Of a stretch of DNA of 64,000 nt, positions 63,909 through 64,000 are shown piece after piece. The stretch comes from Chrysemys picta bellii. Taxonomy: Eukaryota. The stretch spans positions 13,640,001 to 13,704,000 of the forward strand of contig NC_088809.1 of NCBI RefSeq assembly GCF_011386835.1, written 5' to 3'. How positions within the stretch are numbered: the first letter of the stretch is position 1; the number at the start of each line of letters is the position of its first letter. The notes beneath the pieces were generated by a model. It was given only the letters and a program-made list of their open reading frames with translations, had not been told where the DNA came from and searched no databases. The position numbers were made by a program, and so were the translations under genes.

Positions 63909-64000
63909 CAGTGGTCACCAACCCGGCGATCGCAATTGACTGGCAGAGGCTCCAGATTCCAGCCCAGAGCCCCCTCTGCACCAGCCAAGAGCCCCCTCCT
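63909..64000. mobile_element. Start of a hAT MITE, cut by the window edge
   Basis: cagtggtcaccaacc resembles the hAT TIRs elsewhere in the window. The other end and TSD cannot be seen. Confidence 0.45.

Noticed and set aside
2251-64000. GALNT17 exon 1 or other host exons
   Set aside because: No minus-strand frame resembling the N-terminal transmembrane segment (MASLRRVKVLLVLNLIAV..., from memory) and no promoter-like CpG island were seen. Short or non-coding exons cannot be excluded.

Overview
Vertebrate genomic DNA, most likely a turtle: it carries PsCR1-type CR1 LINEs, a tortoise-type tRNA/CR1-tail SINE, and amniote AmnSINE1 and CORE-SINE relics. The only host coding sequence I can support is a 184-bp internal exon (2067-2250, minus strand) matching exon 2 of GALNT17 (WBSCR17). 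Positions 1-2066 are therefore intron 2, and 2251-64000 appears to be part of the very large intron 1; exon 1 was not found. The rest is a nested transposon landscape: CR1 and L2 fragments, Penelope-like elements (PLEs), hAT MITEs with 8-bp TSDs, Harbinger MITEs with 3-bp TSDs, a solo LTR and SINEs. The most striking structures are (i) PLE-derived insertions with inverted termini, 10-12-bp TSDs and five minimal hammerhead-ribozyme-like motifs whose stems co-vary, including a perfect 124-bp palindrome with a tandem ribozyme pair in the sense of the GALNT17 pre-mRNA; (ii) a perfect SOX-OCT composite motif cluster at about 12.3-12.7 kb (candidate enhancer); and (iii) inverted CR1 copies bracketing exon 2 (possible back-splicing or skipping). 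Family names and homologies come from motif recognition and memory, not from database searches.
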